DNA of 64,000 nucleotides from a virus (taxonomy: Duplodnaviria; Caudoviricetes). The notes below the pieces were generated by a model, which was not told the DNA's origin, did not search any database, and was given only the letters and a program-made list of their open reading frames with translations. A program made the translations under genes and the position numbers. The stretch spans positions 1,378 through 65,377 of IMG/VR virus record IMGVR_UViG_3300005528_000063; one strand, 5' to 3'. Positions 55,658 to 64,000 of this stretch are shown one piece after another; the first letter of the stretch is position 1; each line of letters opens with the position of its first letter.

Positions 55658-55917
55658 GCAGCGTAGAGGTATACGAGACAGCGCTTCGCATGCTTGAGCG
55701 GTACGGGTTCGGAATCATCCTGGCCACCGCCGTGCTGTGGTTTGTGCGAACGGACCTTGTGCTGCCGATGGTCGAGGCACACAAGTCCTTCCTGCATGAG
55801 ATGGCTCAGACCCAGCGAGAGATTACCACTGCGATCCGCGAGCAGACCCAGTTGCTCTACGCCTTGCAGCCGAAGGTCAGTGCGACTGGCACCGATGCCG
55901 GGCGCGACCTGAACTGA
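55654..55917 (+). CDS. Holin-like single-TM protein
   Basis: ERYGFGIILATAVLWFV followed by a coiled-coil-like tail. Confidence 0.55.
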   Translation: MSSVEVYETALRMLERYGFGIILATAVLWFVRTDLVLPMVEAHKSFLHEMAQTQREITTAIREQTQLLYALQPKVSATGTDAGRDLN

Positions 55918-55945
55918 CCTTACATCCCTACAGTAACGCCGCGCT

Positions 55946-56053
55946 ATGTCCATGAATCCTCGCCTCCTTCGTCCTCTGGCTCGCCTTGCGGAAGAGGTTT
56001 CAGCATGGTTTGCGAGCCTGTTTGATCCGACTTTCTGGCACTGGAGTGAATGA
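55946..56053 (+). CDS. 35-aa peptide
   Basis: MSMNPRLLRPLARLAEEVSAWFASLFDPTFWHWSE*; fills the gap before the next gene. Confidence 0.4.
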   Translation: MSMNPRLLRPLARLAEEVSAWFASLFDPTFWHWSE

Positions 56054-56055
56054 CA

Positions 56056-56415
56056 ATGGCTGCACCGAACCTGTTCCGCCCCGCTTCTGTGACCGCGAAG
56101 AATGCCAAGGCGGCGATCACCACATCGTCCACTGCGATCATCAGCAACGCTGCCGAAAGCGGCAAGACGCTGCGCGTGACCTCGCTCTACATCTCCAACA
56201 TCGACGGCACCGATTCGGCTGCTGTTACCGTCGATATTTTTGATGGCACACACGCCCGCCATCTGGCAAAGACGGTTGCTGTCCCGGCCGACGCCACGCT
56301 GACGGTTATTACCCGAGAAGACGCCGTCTACCTGACGGAAGGCGACTCGCTGCGGTTGTCAGCCAGCGCGGAAAATGACCTTGAGGCAGTCGCCAGCTAC
56401 GAGGAGATCGCTTGA
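56056..56415 (+). CDS. Small virion structural protein
   Basis: MAAPNL...SLYISNIDG...TVAVPADATL...YLTEGDSL...SYEEI, a common phage family. Confidence 0.75.
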   Translation: MAAPNLFRPASVTAKNAKAAITTSSTAIISNAAESGKTLRVTSLYISNIDGTDSAAVTVDIFDGTHARHLAKTVAVPADATLTVITREDAVYLTEGDSLRLSASAENDLEAVASYEEIA

Positions 56416-57428
56416 TGACCCGCTGCAACGGCTCCATCATCGGCCCAGCCAACGAGCCAACGAACACCGTTGCCGGTGGCGTGTGGCGGCTGCGTGAGGC
56501 TGCCACCTACCTCCAAGCCGACGAGTGGCCGTCGCAGCCAGCGGTGCCGCCTGCGCCTACGGCAGTGGCAGGCAACGCGCGGGTGTCGCTGTCATGGACG
56601 GCACCTTCAGGTGGTTCTCCTATCACTGATTACGGCATTGAATACAGCAGCAACAGTGGATCAACATGGACTACTTTTGCGGATGGAGTTAGCACTTCCA
56701 CGTCGGCCGTCGTCACTGGGCTGACGAACGGCACGGCGTACATCTTTCGCTTGGTGACAATCAATCCGCTAGGAGAGGTGTACGGCAGCGCGAGTGCGAG
56801 CGTGACGCCCGAGCCGGCTGTTATCGCCTTGCTCCTGCACTTTGACGGCACCAATGGCGGAACGACCTTTACAGATTCCTCTCCGGCAGCGTTGACTGTG
56901 ACGCGAAACGGAGACGCAGTGATTAGCACGGCCCAGAGTAAGTTCGGCGGGGCGAGTGGCTATTTTGATGGCGCTGGCGATTACCTGACTGCTCCGTCGT
57001 CCGCGCTGAGCGGATTAGGCGACGGCGACTTTACGATTGAGGCATTTATTCGCGCGGACGCCGACAATCTGAACGCCATCTGCACCGTAGATTATGACGC
57101 CACTGGGTCGTTTTGGCTTGGGCTATATCAGGGTCAAGTGGCCTGCTTTGGCAACGGCTCGCAAGTCGCAGCCGGCGGCGACGTGCAAACTGGACAGTGG
57201 CATCACGTCGCTGTAACTAGACTCGGCGGCGCGGTAACGCTTTGGCTTGATGGCGCAAGCGTTGGCACAGGAAGTTTTGGCAGCGGCATAACCTTAGAGA
57301 ACGCCATTGGAATCGGCGGCGGCTACAGCGGGACGTATCCGTTCTCTGGCTACATTGACGAACTCCGCATCGTCAAAGGCAATGCCGTCTACACCGGCAA
57401 CTTCACGCCGCCGACTGCGCCGTTCTAG
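56415..57428 (+). CDS. FN3 plus LamG (concanavalin-like) fibre/receptor-binding protein
   Basis: GLTNGTAYIFR; LLLHFDG...ISTAQSKFGG...DFTIE...WHHVAV...GYIDELRI. Confidence 0.85.
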   Translation: MTRCNGSIIGPANEPTNTVAGGVWRLREAATYLQADEWPSQPAVPPAPTAVAGNARVSLSWTAPSGGSPITDYGIEYSSNSGSTWTTFADGVSTSTSAVVTGLTNGTAYIFRLVTINPLGEVYGSASASVTPEPAVIALLLHFDGTNGGTTFTDSSPAALTVTRNGDAVISTAQSKFGGASGYFDGAGDYLTAPSSALSGLGDGDFTIEAFIRADADNLNAICTVDYDATGSFWLGLYQGQVACFGNGSQVAAGGDVQTGQWHHVAVTRLGGAVTLWLDGASVGTGSFGSGITLENAIGIGGGYSGTYPFSGYIDELRIVKGNAVYTGNFTPPTAPF

Positions 57429-57489
57429 CGCTGCGCTACACCCACAGCCTAGCGCACTGAAGGCATTGAGTTGCGAAGGAGAGGATTTA

Positions 57490-57954
57490 ATGCTGACGAC
57501 TGAACAGAAGGCGACAAACAATGACACCTTTCGCCACATTGAGCGAGTTCGCAACCTGCTGAACGCATGCGCTATCGACCTGCTTAGAAGGGGCGAGCAG
57601 CACGACCAAACAAAACTGGAATCGCCAGAAGTTGAAGCATTCACGGAATACACGCCAAAACTGGCTGGCTGCACATACGGCAGCGACGAATACAAGGGCT
57701 ACTTGGAAGCCATCAAGCCAGCACTCAGCCACCATTACGCTCACAATCGGCACCATCCAGAGCATCACAAAAACGGCGTGAACGACATGGGCTTGCTTGA
57801 TCTTGTTGAAATGCTCTGCGACTGGAAGGCGGCGAGCGAACGGCACAACGACGGGGATATCCGCAGGTCGATTGAGATCAACACAAACCGTTTCGGACTG
57901 TCGCCGCAACTTGTGGCGATTCTAGAGAACACGGCGGACGTGCTGTTCAAGTGA
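57490..57954 (+). CDS. DUF5662-like HD-family protein, lower GC (moron-like)
   Basis: HD.TKL..PE...HHYAHNRHHPEH...DLVEMLCDW.AA; AGGAGAGG RBS. Confidence 0.8.
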   Translation: MLTTEQKATNNDTFRHIERVRNLLNACAIDLLRRGEQHDQTKLESPEVEAFTEYTPKLAGCTYGSDEYKGYLEAIKPALSHHYAHNRHHPEHHKNGVNDMGLLDLVEMLCDWKAASERHNDGDIRRSIEINTNRFGLSPQLVAILENTADVLFK

Positions 57955-57981
57955 CGCTCTTCACCGTAGGTGCGGCGGTCG

Positions 57982-58022
57982 AATTAGGTAGGATCGCCGG
58001 AACTAGGTAGTAAATTAGGTAG
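57982..58022 (+). repeat. Three direct repeats of AA(T/C)TAGGTAG
   Basis: At 57982, 58001 and 58013. Confidence 0.8.
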
Positions 58023-58222
58023 TACCGAACACTAAGCCCTCCGTCAGCCGACGCCGCGCCACACGGCGTCTATGGTGGCTGGCGGCGGGCAGGGGCGAGA
58101 CGTGCGCGGCCCGATACAAAGGGACAGGCGACGAGTGGGCCGCCCCAGCGGCTTTCCAGATTCGCGAATCGCGAACATGACCCTGCCTATCAGCACGGCA
58201 AGGCGCATCTCACAGTGATGGG

Positions 58223-58744
58223 ATGCGACTCACGGACGAGCAGCGGCAGCTTGCAGAGCAGGCGATGGAGATAGTGCCGAAGGCGATCATCGCCTTCCGG
58301 TGCCGGTATCCCACGCTCCGCAAGCAGGTGGCGAGCATCGACGCAGAGAGCGTGGCGTACCTTGCCATCTGCCGGGCGGCTACGACGTATGATCCTGCCC
58401 AGTCCAAGATCACCACGTACTTCTCGATGGCCGTGCGGAATGCTCTCCTCAAGGAGATAGACCGCAACCGCCGGGCGAGATACGACTCGCCGGATCGAGT
58501 GCCGCTGGAGCTGGCGGAGGCGCTGGCGATAGCCCCGTCCAGCATGTCCACCAAACTCCAGACGGCAATCGCCCGGCTGCCGGCAAAGGCCCGCAAGCTC
58601 ATCCACCTCAGGTTCTACAAGGGGCTGAGCATGCGAGAGATAGGCGAGCAATCGAGGTGCGACCCCCGCACTATACGGCGACGGCTTTCCGTCGCTTTGG
58701 AGATGCTACAAACTCTTTTGCAAAGCGAGCCTTTGCTGCCTTGA
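58223..58744 (+). CDS. Sigma-70 family RNA polymerase sigma factor (regions 2 and 4)
   Basis: AICRAATTYDP...ITTYF..AVRNAL; AIARLP...LIHLRFYKGLSMREIGE. Confidence 0.85.
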   Translation: MRLTDEQRQLAEQAMEIVPKAIIAFRCRYPTLRKQVASIDAESVAYLAICRAATTYDPAQSKITTYFSMAVRNALLKEIDRNRRARYDSPDRVPLELAEALAIAPSSMSTKLQTAIARLPAKARKLIHLRFYKGLSMREIGEQSRCDPRTIRRRLSVALEMLQTLLQSEPLLP

Positions 58745-59411
58745 GCGCACGCGAGATGGAGTTGATGTTCCACCGCTTGCCGTTGGGTCGAGTCACGCAG
58801 TACATGTGGTTCGTGATCCGCTCCAGGCTGGCGCCAGACTGACGCAGGGCCACCATCTCGGCCACCTGCCCACGCTCAAGAGGGTCGGGCAGGTAGTAGG
58901 AATCCTTGCCGCGACCGCACTTGCGCCACCCGATTGGTGCGTGCTTACTGTACGGCTTGCCCTCCGCCCGCTTGGCCCGCAGGCTGTCGGTTGTGCGCTG
59001 CCGGATGAACTCCAGTTCCAGCTCGGCAAACGCAGACAGGATGGTGAACACGCACCGTCCGATGGGCGTGCTGGTGTCGAGGCCCAAGTCCAGCGACGAG
59101 AACGTCACGTCCTTGCGTTGCAGCAAGGCCATCGTCTGCGCTGCGTCCACGACCGAGCGGAAGGCCCGGTCCAGCTTGGCCCACACGATCTTGTCTCCAG
59201 GCTGCACGAGCGCCCACAGCTTGCGGCCGTCGTCCCTCTCGAACATTGGCTTGCTGCCGCTGGTAGCTGAGTCGTAGAGCCACCCGCCATAGGTGAACCC
59301 GGCGCTCAGGAGCGTGCGGTTGATGAACTCCTCGCAAGTAGATCGCTGGTGCGATTCGGTGATGGTCTGGCGCCCAGTGCTGGCGCGCCCGTAGGCGTAC
59401 ACGGTAGGCAT
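58671..59411 (-). CDS. Serine recombinase (resolvase/invertase family)
   Basis: YAYGRAST, SGS, R, GDKIVWAKLDRAFRS, DTSTPIGR, AFAELE...IRQRT. Confidence 0.92.
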   Translation of the reverse strand: MPTVYAYGRASTGRQTITESHQRSTCEEFINRTLLSAGFTYGGWLYDSATSGSKPMFERDDGRKLWALVQPGDKIVWAKLDRAFRSVVDAAQTMALLQRKDVTFSSLDLGLDTSTPIGRCVFTILSAFAELELEFIRQRTTDSLRAKRAEGKPYSKHAPIGWRKCGRGKDSYYLPDPLERGQVAEMVALRQSGASLERITNHMYCVTRPNGKRWNINSISRALKAAKARFAKEFVASPKRRKAVAV

Positions 59412-59421
59412 GGCTGTCTCC

Positions 59422-59613
59422 TTAGGCGGGGTAGAAGTAGTAGAGCGCAACGCCGATCACCCACAGGTGCGGCGCGATGTAGTAGCTGGCCGATGGATCG
59501 CTTGCGGCGTAGCAGGCAGCCGCCAGCCAGCATGCTCGACAGACCCAGATGAAGGGAGTCGCTCCGGCGCCGAGCAGGATGTCGAGTCGTTTCTGAAATG
59601 AGTAGCCGTTCAC
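59422..59613 (-). CDS. Small membrane protein
   Basis: GTG start with AGGAG RBS; hydrophobic. Confidence 0.55.
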   Translation of the reverse strand: MNGYSFQKRLDILLGAGATPFIWVCRACWLAAACYAASDPSASYYIAPHLWVIGVALYYFYPA

Positions 59614-59624
59614 GGTCGTGTCTC

Positions 59625-60107
59625 CTAGAGGTAGGGGATATGAAGTCCAGCCATGACCCACTCCAGCACGGCACCCATCGCTTCGCCCGATCGCTTCCAG
59701 TGCTGGCATCTTGCGATGGGCATGGAGTGGTATAGGCCGTAGCGTGGTGGCGCGGGTGCGGTAACGAACTGGTTGTGGGACAGGGCGTATTCGCGGCTGA
59801 TGCCGAAGAACTTCTCCGAGTCCTCGCTGTGGGGGGCAGTCCACACGAACAGTCCGTTCCACGACGAGCCGGGCTTGGGTGGCATGAGCACGCACAGTCG
59901 CAGGGCGAACGAGTCGTACGGCGTCTGGCCGATGCGGTAGTCACGGTCGTATCGGATGCGTGTCTCCATCGGCAGGTCGTCGAGGCGCTGCTGTAGCCGG
60001 ATGGCAAACCGCCTCGCTCGCTTGGCGAAAGCGTCGTAGTTACGCACGGGGTCTTCGTCTCTCCACCGTCGATGCACCCACGCCTCAAGCGTTGCAACCT
60101 CACTCAT
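59625..60107 (-). CDS. Hypothetical protein
   Basis: ATGA coupling to the vWA gene; GGAGG RBS. Confidence 0.7.
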   Translation of the reverse strand: MSEVATLEAWVHRRWRDEDPVRNYDAFAKRARRFAIRLQQRLDDLPMETRIRYDRDYRIGQTPYDSFALRLCVLMPPKPGSSWNGLFVWTAPHSEDSEKFFGISREYALSHNQFVTAPAPPRYGLYHSMPIARCQHWKRSGEAMGAVLEWVMAGLHIPYL

Positions 60108-61561
60108 GCCGCACCTCCTCGCTCGAGCACTACCGTGCGATACCGCTTCGGAATGGAGCTGCACCAGCGCGATGACGGGTCGCCCGTGTAGGCCACGACG
60201 ATGCGTGCTCGTGGTTTGTAGGCAGTCCAGTACGTCTCGGCGTCGGTGACGAGGATGATGGAGTCGGGCTTGTCCCGCCGGTCCACTTCCTCGATAGCCT
60301 TCGCCATGTCGGTGCCGCCACCACCGACCCACTCGAACCGCTCGGTCGTGCCGACCAGCTTGTTGCTGCGGATGTGCGTGTCGGCGCAGTACACCTTCAC
60401 CCGGCCCAGCTTCCGCAGCCCCTGCCCGATGACGGACAGTGCCTTCGCTTTCGTCTCACGCCCCAGCATGGAGCCGGAGGTGTCCACGATTACGACGGCG
60501 TGCGGCTGCGTGCAGATGCGGCCGTGCAGCAGGGGCTGGTCGTCGCCCGGCGGTTGCTTCCGGGAGATGCGACGGTGCGAGAACTCCCGGCCGCCGACGG
60601 GAGAGGCCACGCTTGTGCAGACGGCAGACCGCAGCTGGTCGAACGGGTCGGGCTGCGGGCGTAGCTTCTGCTTGAGTACCTCCTTGAGGTTGTCGGGAAC
60701 CGTGCCGGGATGCGAGGACTCTATCTCTGCGATGGCTTCTTCGGCTTTGGCTGCGGCCATGTCTTCGCCGTAGGCTTCCCAAGACCCGTCGCTCTCCACT
60801 TCATAGGGCCGCCTCTGCCCGTCGGCGCACGACCCGCCGGAGCCCGGCGAGCATGGCGGTGGCGGTGCCTCGCCCTGCCCAGACGGAGGCGCTCCCGCTC
60901 CGCCGCTAGGCGCATCCGCCTCGCCGTCCTCCTGAGGGTCGCTGCCGTCGTTGCCGGCCTCGCCTCCACTGTCACCTGCTCCAGAATCCTGGCCGCTACC
61001 AGAGTCCTGTTGCTTGTCTCCATCATCTGCCTGTCCGTCGCCGCTGTCAGATGCACCGTCGCCATCCTCGTTCTCCTCAGGTGGGTTGCCTTGATTGCCC
61101 TTCAGCTTCTCGCAGATGAGCCGGTAGTATTCCTGCATCGACTTGTTCTCAGGGAAGTCGAGCTTGATCCCGAGCTTGGGAACCTTCGCCCCGAGATGCA
61201 CAGCACCGTCTGGTCGCAGGTGCCGCATCATGTGGAGCGTCTGCTCGATGACGAGGTCGGCGGCGATGTTGCAGATGTACCTCTCCGACTCCGACATATC
61301 CTCGCCCAGCATCTCGACCGCCCGCCTGTGGTGGTCGAAGATGAGGTGCAGCGCCTCGTGTGCGATCACGTAGGCGGCAGTCTCCTTGCCGATCGAGGTG
61401 ATGTACTCCGGGCACCAGTACAGGTTGCCGGCATCATCCACCGCAGCGGTGCCGATGCCGGGCGTCTCGTGTTCCCGCAGGCTGTAGATATATGAGGCAA
61501 GGTACGGGACATACTCGAAGGTATGCACCCGTGCCTGCCCCAGCAGTTGTCTTGGTGTCAT
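60104..61561 (-). CDS. DUF2201-type metallopeptidase plus vWA domain protein
   Basis: TAAVD, HEALH (HExxH), NIAADL, acidic Gly linker, MIDAS DTSGS, GGGGTDM, ILVTD. Confidence 0.9.
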   Translation of the reverse strand: MTPRQLLGQARVHTFEYVPYLASYIYSLREHETPGIGTAAVDDAGNLYWCPEYITSIGKETAAYVIAHEALHLIFDHHRRAVEMLGEDMSESERYICNIAADLVIEQTLHMMRHLRPDGAVHLGAKVPKLGIKLDFPENKSMQEYYRLICEKLKGNQGNPPEENEDGDGASDSGDGQADDGDKQQDSGSGQDSGAGDSGGEAGNDGSDPQEDGEADAPSGGAGAPPSGQGEAPPPPCSPGSGGSCADGQRRPYEVESDGSWEAYGEDMAAAKAEEAIAEIESSHPGTVPDNLKEVLKQKLRPQPDPFDQLRSAVCTSVASPVGGREFSHRRISRKQPPGDDQPLLHGRICTQPHAVVIVDTSGSMLGRETKAKALSVIGQGLRKLGRVKVYCADTHIRSNKLVGTTERFEWVGGGGTDMAKAIEEVDRRDKPDSIILVTDAETYWTAYKPRARIVVAYTGDPSSRWCSSIPKRYRTVVLERGGAA

Positions 61562-61869
61562 TCGGTCCTCCCTTCTGCCTTAGAGATTGCCCTGTCGCAT
61601 GCGCTGGCAATGGCGTAGCTGTCGGTGTCGCCAACCCGAAAGCGCGGGGCCATGTTCAGCGCGGTGACCGACTGCCGCAGCGCGGACAGCAACTCCGGTG
61701 CAGCTGCCACCAAGTCGATCATCGACTGCCAGTCGTCGCCGCCGAGCGGTGCCGCCGACTCGTACAGCTCACCGGGCAGTCGCTCCAGCACGGCAACGTC
61801 CTCTCCGGTATCGTCCGACAGAAACGCCACCGTCGGGGTGGCTTCCGTCACGCTCCATTTGCGAGCCAT
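61558..61869 (-). CDS. Small phage protein (LxAAAPELL motif)
   Basis: LVAAAPELLSALR...AISKAEG. Confidence 0.8.
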   Translation of the reverse strand: MARKWSVTEATPTVAFLSDDTGEDVAVLERLPGELYESAAPLGGDDWQSMIDLVAAAPELLSALRQSVTALNMAPRFRVGDTDSYAIASACDRAISKAEGRTE

Positions 61870-61893
61870 GTGTATGTCTCCTTGTGTGTTGGG

Positions 61894-62997
61894 TCAGGAC
61901 TGAACCATCGACATCAGCTTCGCCATCACGTCCTTCGGTGGCGACCAGCCGTCTGGGCGAACGCCACCCTTACTGACGGGCGTCCAGAAGGAACGGAACT
62001 GCATGAGGAACGACTCGATCTCGTGCTCGCCGATGGTGATGAACACCTTCGCCGCATTGAGCCAGCGGTCTGCGCTGGTGTTGTCACGCAGCCCCTTCAC
62101 CAGCCCAGTGAGCAGGCAGATGTTGGCATCCGGCCGCTTCTCGTACTCGTACTTCTCGTCGCCAGAGAGGAACGCCTCTGGGTTGGCGAGGTCGAGGTTG
62201 TGCCAGTACCGCAGGAACTCACCGCCGACCGCATCACCCACGCAGCCGGTCGCCAGCGGCCGGAACATCGGGTGCTTGCGGTCGTAGCCGCACGACTCGG
62301 CGGCGGCGAAGCACTTCACCAGATACGTCCACGTGCGTGGGTTCGGGAACGACATGGTTTCGTCGTCGGTCGGCAGCTTCTCCAGGCAGTCGGGTGCCGA
62401 CCGGAGGAACGCCTCGACCAGCGAGCCGAACTGCGGGAGCAGATCGACCCAGTGTTCCGGCACGACCGGGAACTCAGGCGCCGACCACTGGCAGCCAGCA
62501 CGCAGGCCGGAGAACCAGTGCTCGCGGTCGATCACCCAGTCAAAGTGGAAGAACCGAGCCCGCATCGCAGGCGACAGTGGCACGGCGTTGGGGCACAGCT
62601 CGGGCGGATTGCACGCACCCACGATGATCGTGGACTCGGGCATCACGTAGTCACCGACGATGCGCTCCGAGATGACGGAGAGCAGGCCGGCTTGGGTAGC
62701 GGGCGGCACGTTCGTCACCTCGTCCACGAGGACGAGAGCCTTGCCGTTCTTGGTCTTGCTCCACAGCGACGTCGGCATCATGCGCACGACGCCTGCCTTG
62801 TGGTCGGGGGTGGGGTAGCCCGAGAAATCTTCCGGAAGGTGGGTGGACCCGAGCAGGGGAACGAACGTGCGTTCAAGTGCGCCTGCCAGAGCCGCCCACG
62901 TGGAGGACTTGCCGACTCCGGTGCCACCACGCACGAGCGTGGGCACAACCTGAGCAGCGATGAAGGCCGGATCATTTCCGAGAGTGGTGCGAGCCAT
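61894..62997 (-). CDS. MoxR-like AAA+ ATPase
   Basis: GGTGVGKS, EDFSGYP, VLVDE, ACNPP, AMRARF, PNPRTW. Confidence 0.9.
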   Translation of the reverse strand: MARTTLGNDPAFIAAQVVPTLVRGGTGVGKSSTWAALAGALERTFVPLLGSTHLPEDFSGYPTPDHKAGVVRMMPTSLWSKTKNGKALVLVDEVTNVPPATQAGLLSVISERIVGDYVMPESTIIVGACNPPELCPNAVPLSPAMRARFFHFDWVIDREHWFSGLRAGCQWSAPEFPVVPEHWVDLLPQFGSLVEAFLRSAPDCLEKLPTDDETMSFPNPRTWTYLVKCFAAAESCGYDRKHPMFRPLATGCVGDAVGGEFLRYWHNLDLANPEAFLSGDEKYEYEKRPDANICLLTGLVKGLRDNTSADRWLNAAKVFITIGEHEIESFLMQFRSFWTPVSKGGVRPDGWSPPKDVMAKLMSMVQS

Positions 62998-63074
62998 GAG
63001 AGGGATACTCCTCAATAGGGAATGGACTGAACGGGTGAGGGGGCGGCACGATGCTACCCCCTCGCCCAGAGAAC

Positions 63075-63088
63075 CAGACGCCGCAGCG
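63075..63088 (-). repeat. Intergenic 14-bp box, copy 9 (1 mismatch)
   Basis: cagacgccgcagcg; followed on - by a GAGGGGG...CCCCCTC hairpin and GAGGAG RBS. Confidence 0.8.
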
Positions 63089-63108
63089 GAAAAGCTGCGG
63101 GAAAACTG

Positions 63109-63576
63109 CTAGTGCCAGACGACCCGGCCCTCCATCTGGCGCATGCTGCCATTGGAGAACTCGTAGCGGAAGTGCTCGCCGTCCTCGCCCTGCCAGTTGA
63201 TGTAAGAACCGTCACGAACGAACGGCGCCATCGTCTCAAGGAACAGCGCCTCCTGCCCGATCTTGCTGCTGTACGACAGGCCGATGATGTTGTCATCTGC
63301 GTCGTACTCAACATCAAACCCAAGCTCGTGCAGCACCTCGCCAAGCCCGCTGCACTTGCTTGGGTAGTTGGGCGACATCCAAGAGAACCACTTGGCCGGA
63401 TGATGATCCATCCCTGTCGGGCGTGGGCTGTCGGAGTTTACGCCGTCGCCGCCCCATGAGCCGCCACGCTTGAGGTCGTCTCGATCGTTGAGTGCGCACA
63501 GTGCCACGTATGCGGGGCGCTGCTTGCTCTTGGCGACATAGAAGTCACTGTCGGTCGTGTGAATGTAGTAACCCAT
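63109..63576 (-). CDS. Conserved phage protein
   Basis: MGYYI...KIGQE..FL..MAPFV.DGSYINWQGEDGEHFRY.F. Confidence 0.8.
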   Translation of the reverse strand: MGYYIHTTDSDFYVAKSKQRPAYVALCALNDRDDLKRGGSWGGDGVNSDSPRPTGMDHHPAKWFSWMSPNYPSKCSGLGEVLHELGFDVEYDADDNIIGLSYSSKIGQEALFLETMAPFVRDGSYINWQGEDGEHFRYEFSNGSMRQMEGRVVWH

Positions 63577-63604
63577 GATTGGAATCTCCTCGTGGCGTGG
63601 GGGT

Positions 63605-64000
63605 TCAGACTGATGCAGCCAGCAGCCGGTTGACTGCGACTGCCTGCTTGACCTGCTCGATGGCGGCGGTCAGGTCGGGCATTGGCCGGCCGAGTACCTG
63701 CTCGTACAGCCGTACCTTCTCGAGGAACTTGTCGGCCCTGCCCAGTCGCACGTTGATCGAGCGGTCTGCCATGCCGCCGGTCGCCTCCATCACATCGTTC
63801 ATGATGTCGGCCAGACCAGCCTGCACCTCAGTGCCGAGCCGGTCGAGCACGTGCATCACCGTGTCGGGATCGGATGCGATCTCGACTTGGTGCGTGGTGA
63901 AGCACGGCCCGTCGCCGTTGCCTCGCACCATGCTGGAGAACGTGCGGTAATCCTCAAGGTGCTGGCCCAGCAGGAACCACACGCCGCCGTCGTCCTTGAG
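63605..64000 (-). CDS. C-terminal part of a diverged allele of the gene at 1..834
   Basis: ...KDDGGVWFLLGQHLEDYRTF...AAIEQVKQAVAVNRLLAASV*. Confidence 0.85.
   Translation of the reverse strand, partial: LKDDGGVWFLLGQHLEDYRTFSSMVRGNGDGPCFTTHQVEIASDPDTVMHVLDRLGTEVQAGLADIMNDVMEATGGMADRSINVRLGRADKFLEKVRLYEQVLGRPMPDLTAAIEQVKQAVAVNRLLAASV

Larger units (their letters stand above)
1..64000. mobile_element. Near-complete tailed dsDNA phage genome, podovirus-like, possibly temperate; circular map of about 63.65 kb
   Basis: Terminase, portal, capsid, tail and large ejection-type genes; no host housekeeping genes; window ends overlap in one gene (1-357 vs 63647-64000). Confidence 0.93.

Noticed and set aside
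63606-63620. CAGACTGATGCAGC as another copy of the box
   Set aside because: It lies within the last codons of the CDS and has an altered core and spacing; probably chance.

Overview
The window holds an essentially complete, GC-rich, podovirus-like dsDNA phage genome of about 63.65 kb. Positions 1-357 and 63647-64000 are two diverged alleles of the same gene segment, so the map closes on itself. Layout: (i) a leftward early arm (6959->1, continuing 64000->58671) of small genes, an amidoligase plus class II glutamine amidotransferase pair, a LexA-type HTH, a MoxR-like AAA / metallopeptidase-vWA module and a serine recombinase; (ii) SSB and a lower-GC mosaic island (about 7.9-10.4 kb); (iii) head, terminase, portal, tail and ejection-protein genes (10.4-44.6 kb); (iv) a tyrosine recombinase, RecE-like nuclease, ERF, SF2 helicase, other nucleases and nucleotide hydrolases; (v) a putative lysis block built around a papain-like protease, then a phage sigma factor. 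I could not recognise a DNA polymerase, primase, tape measure, tRNA or CRISPR array. The strongest unexplained signal is a 14-bp asymmetric box (CGCTGCGGAGTCTG on the coding strand) in nine intergenic copies in the early arm. Eight sit 1-20 nt after a stop codon, and eight are followed by a GC-rich hairpin of variable sequence, then an RBS, which splits the arm into gene-cassette-like units. Also notable are an integron attC-like site at 9325-9417 whose loop carries the start of the next gene, and a hairpin-dense noncoding stretch at 49381-49658. All family assignments come from motifs recognised by eye; no database search was run.
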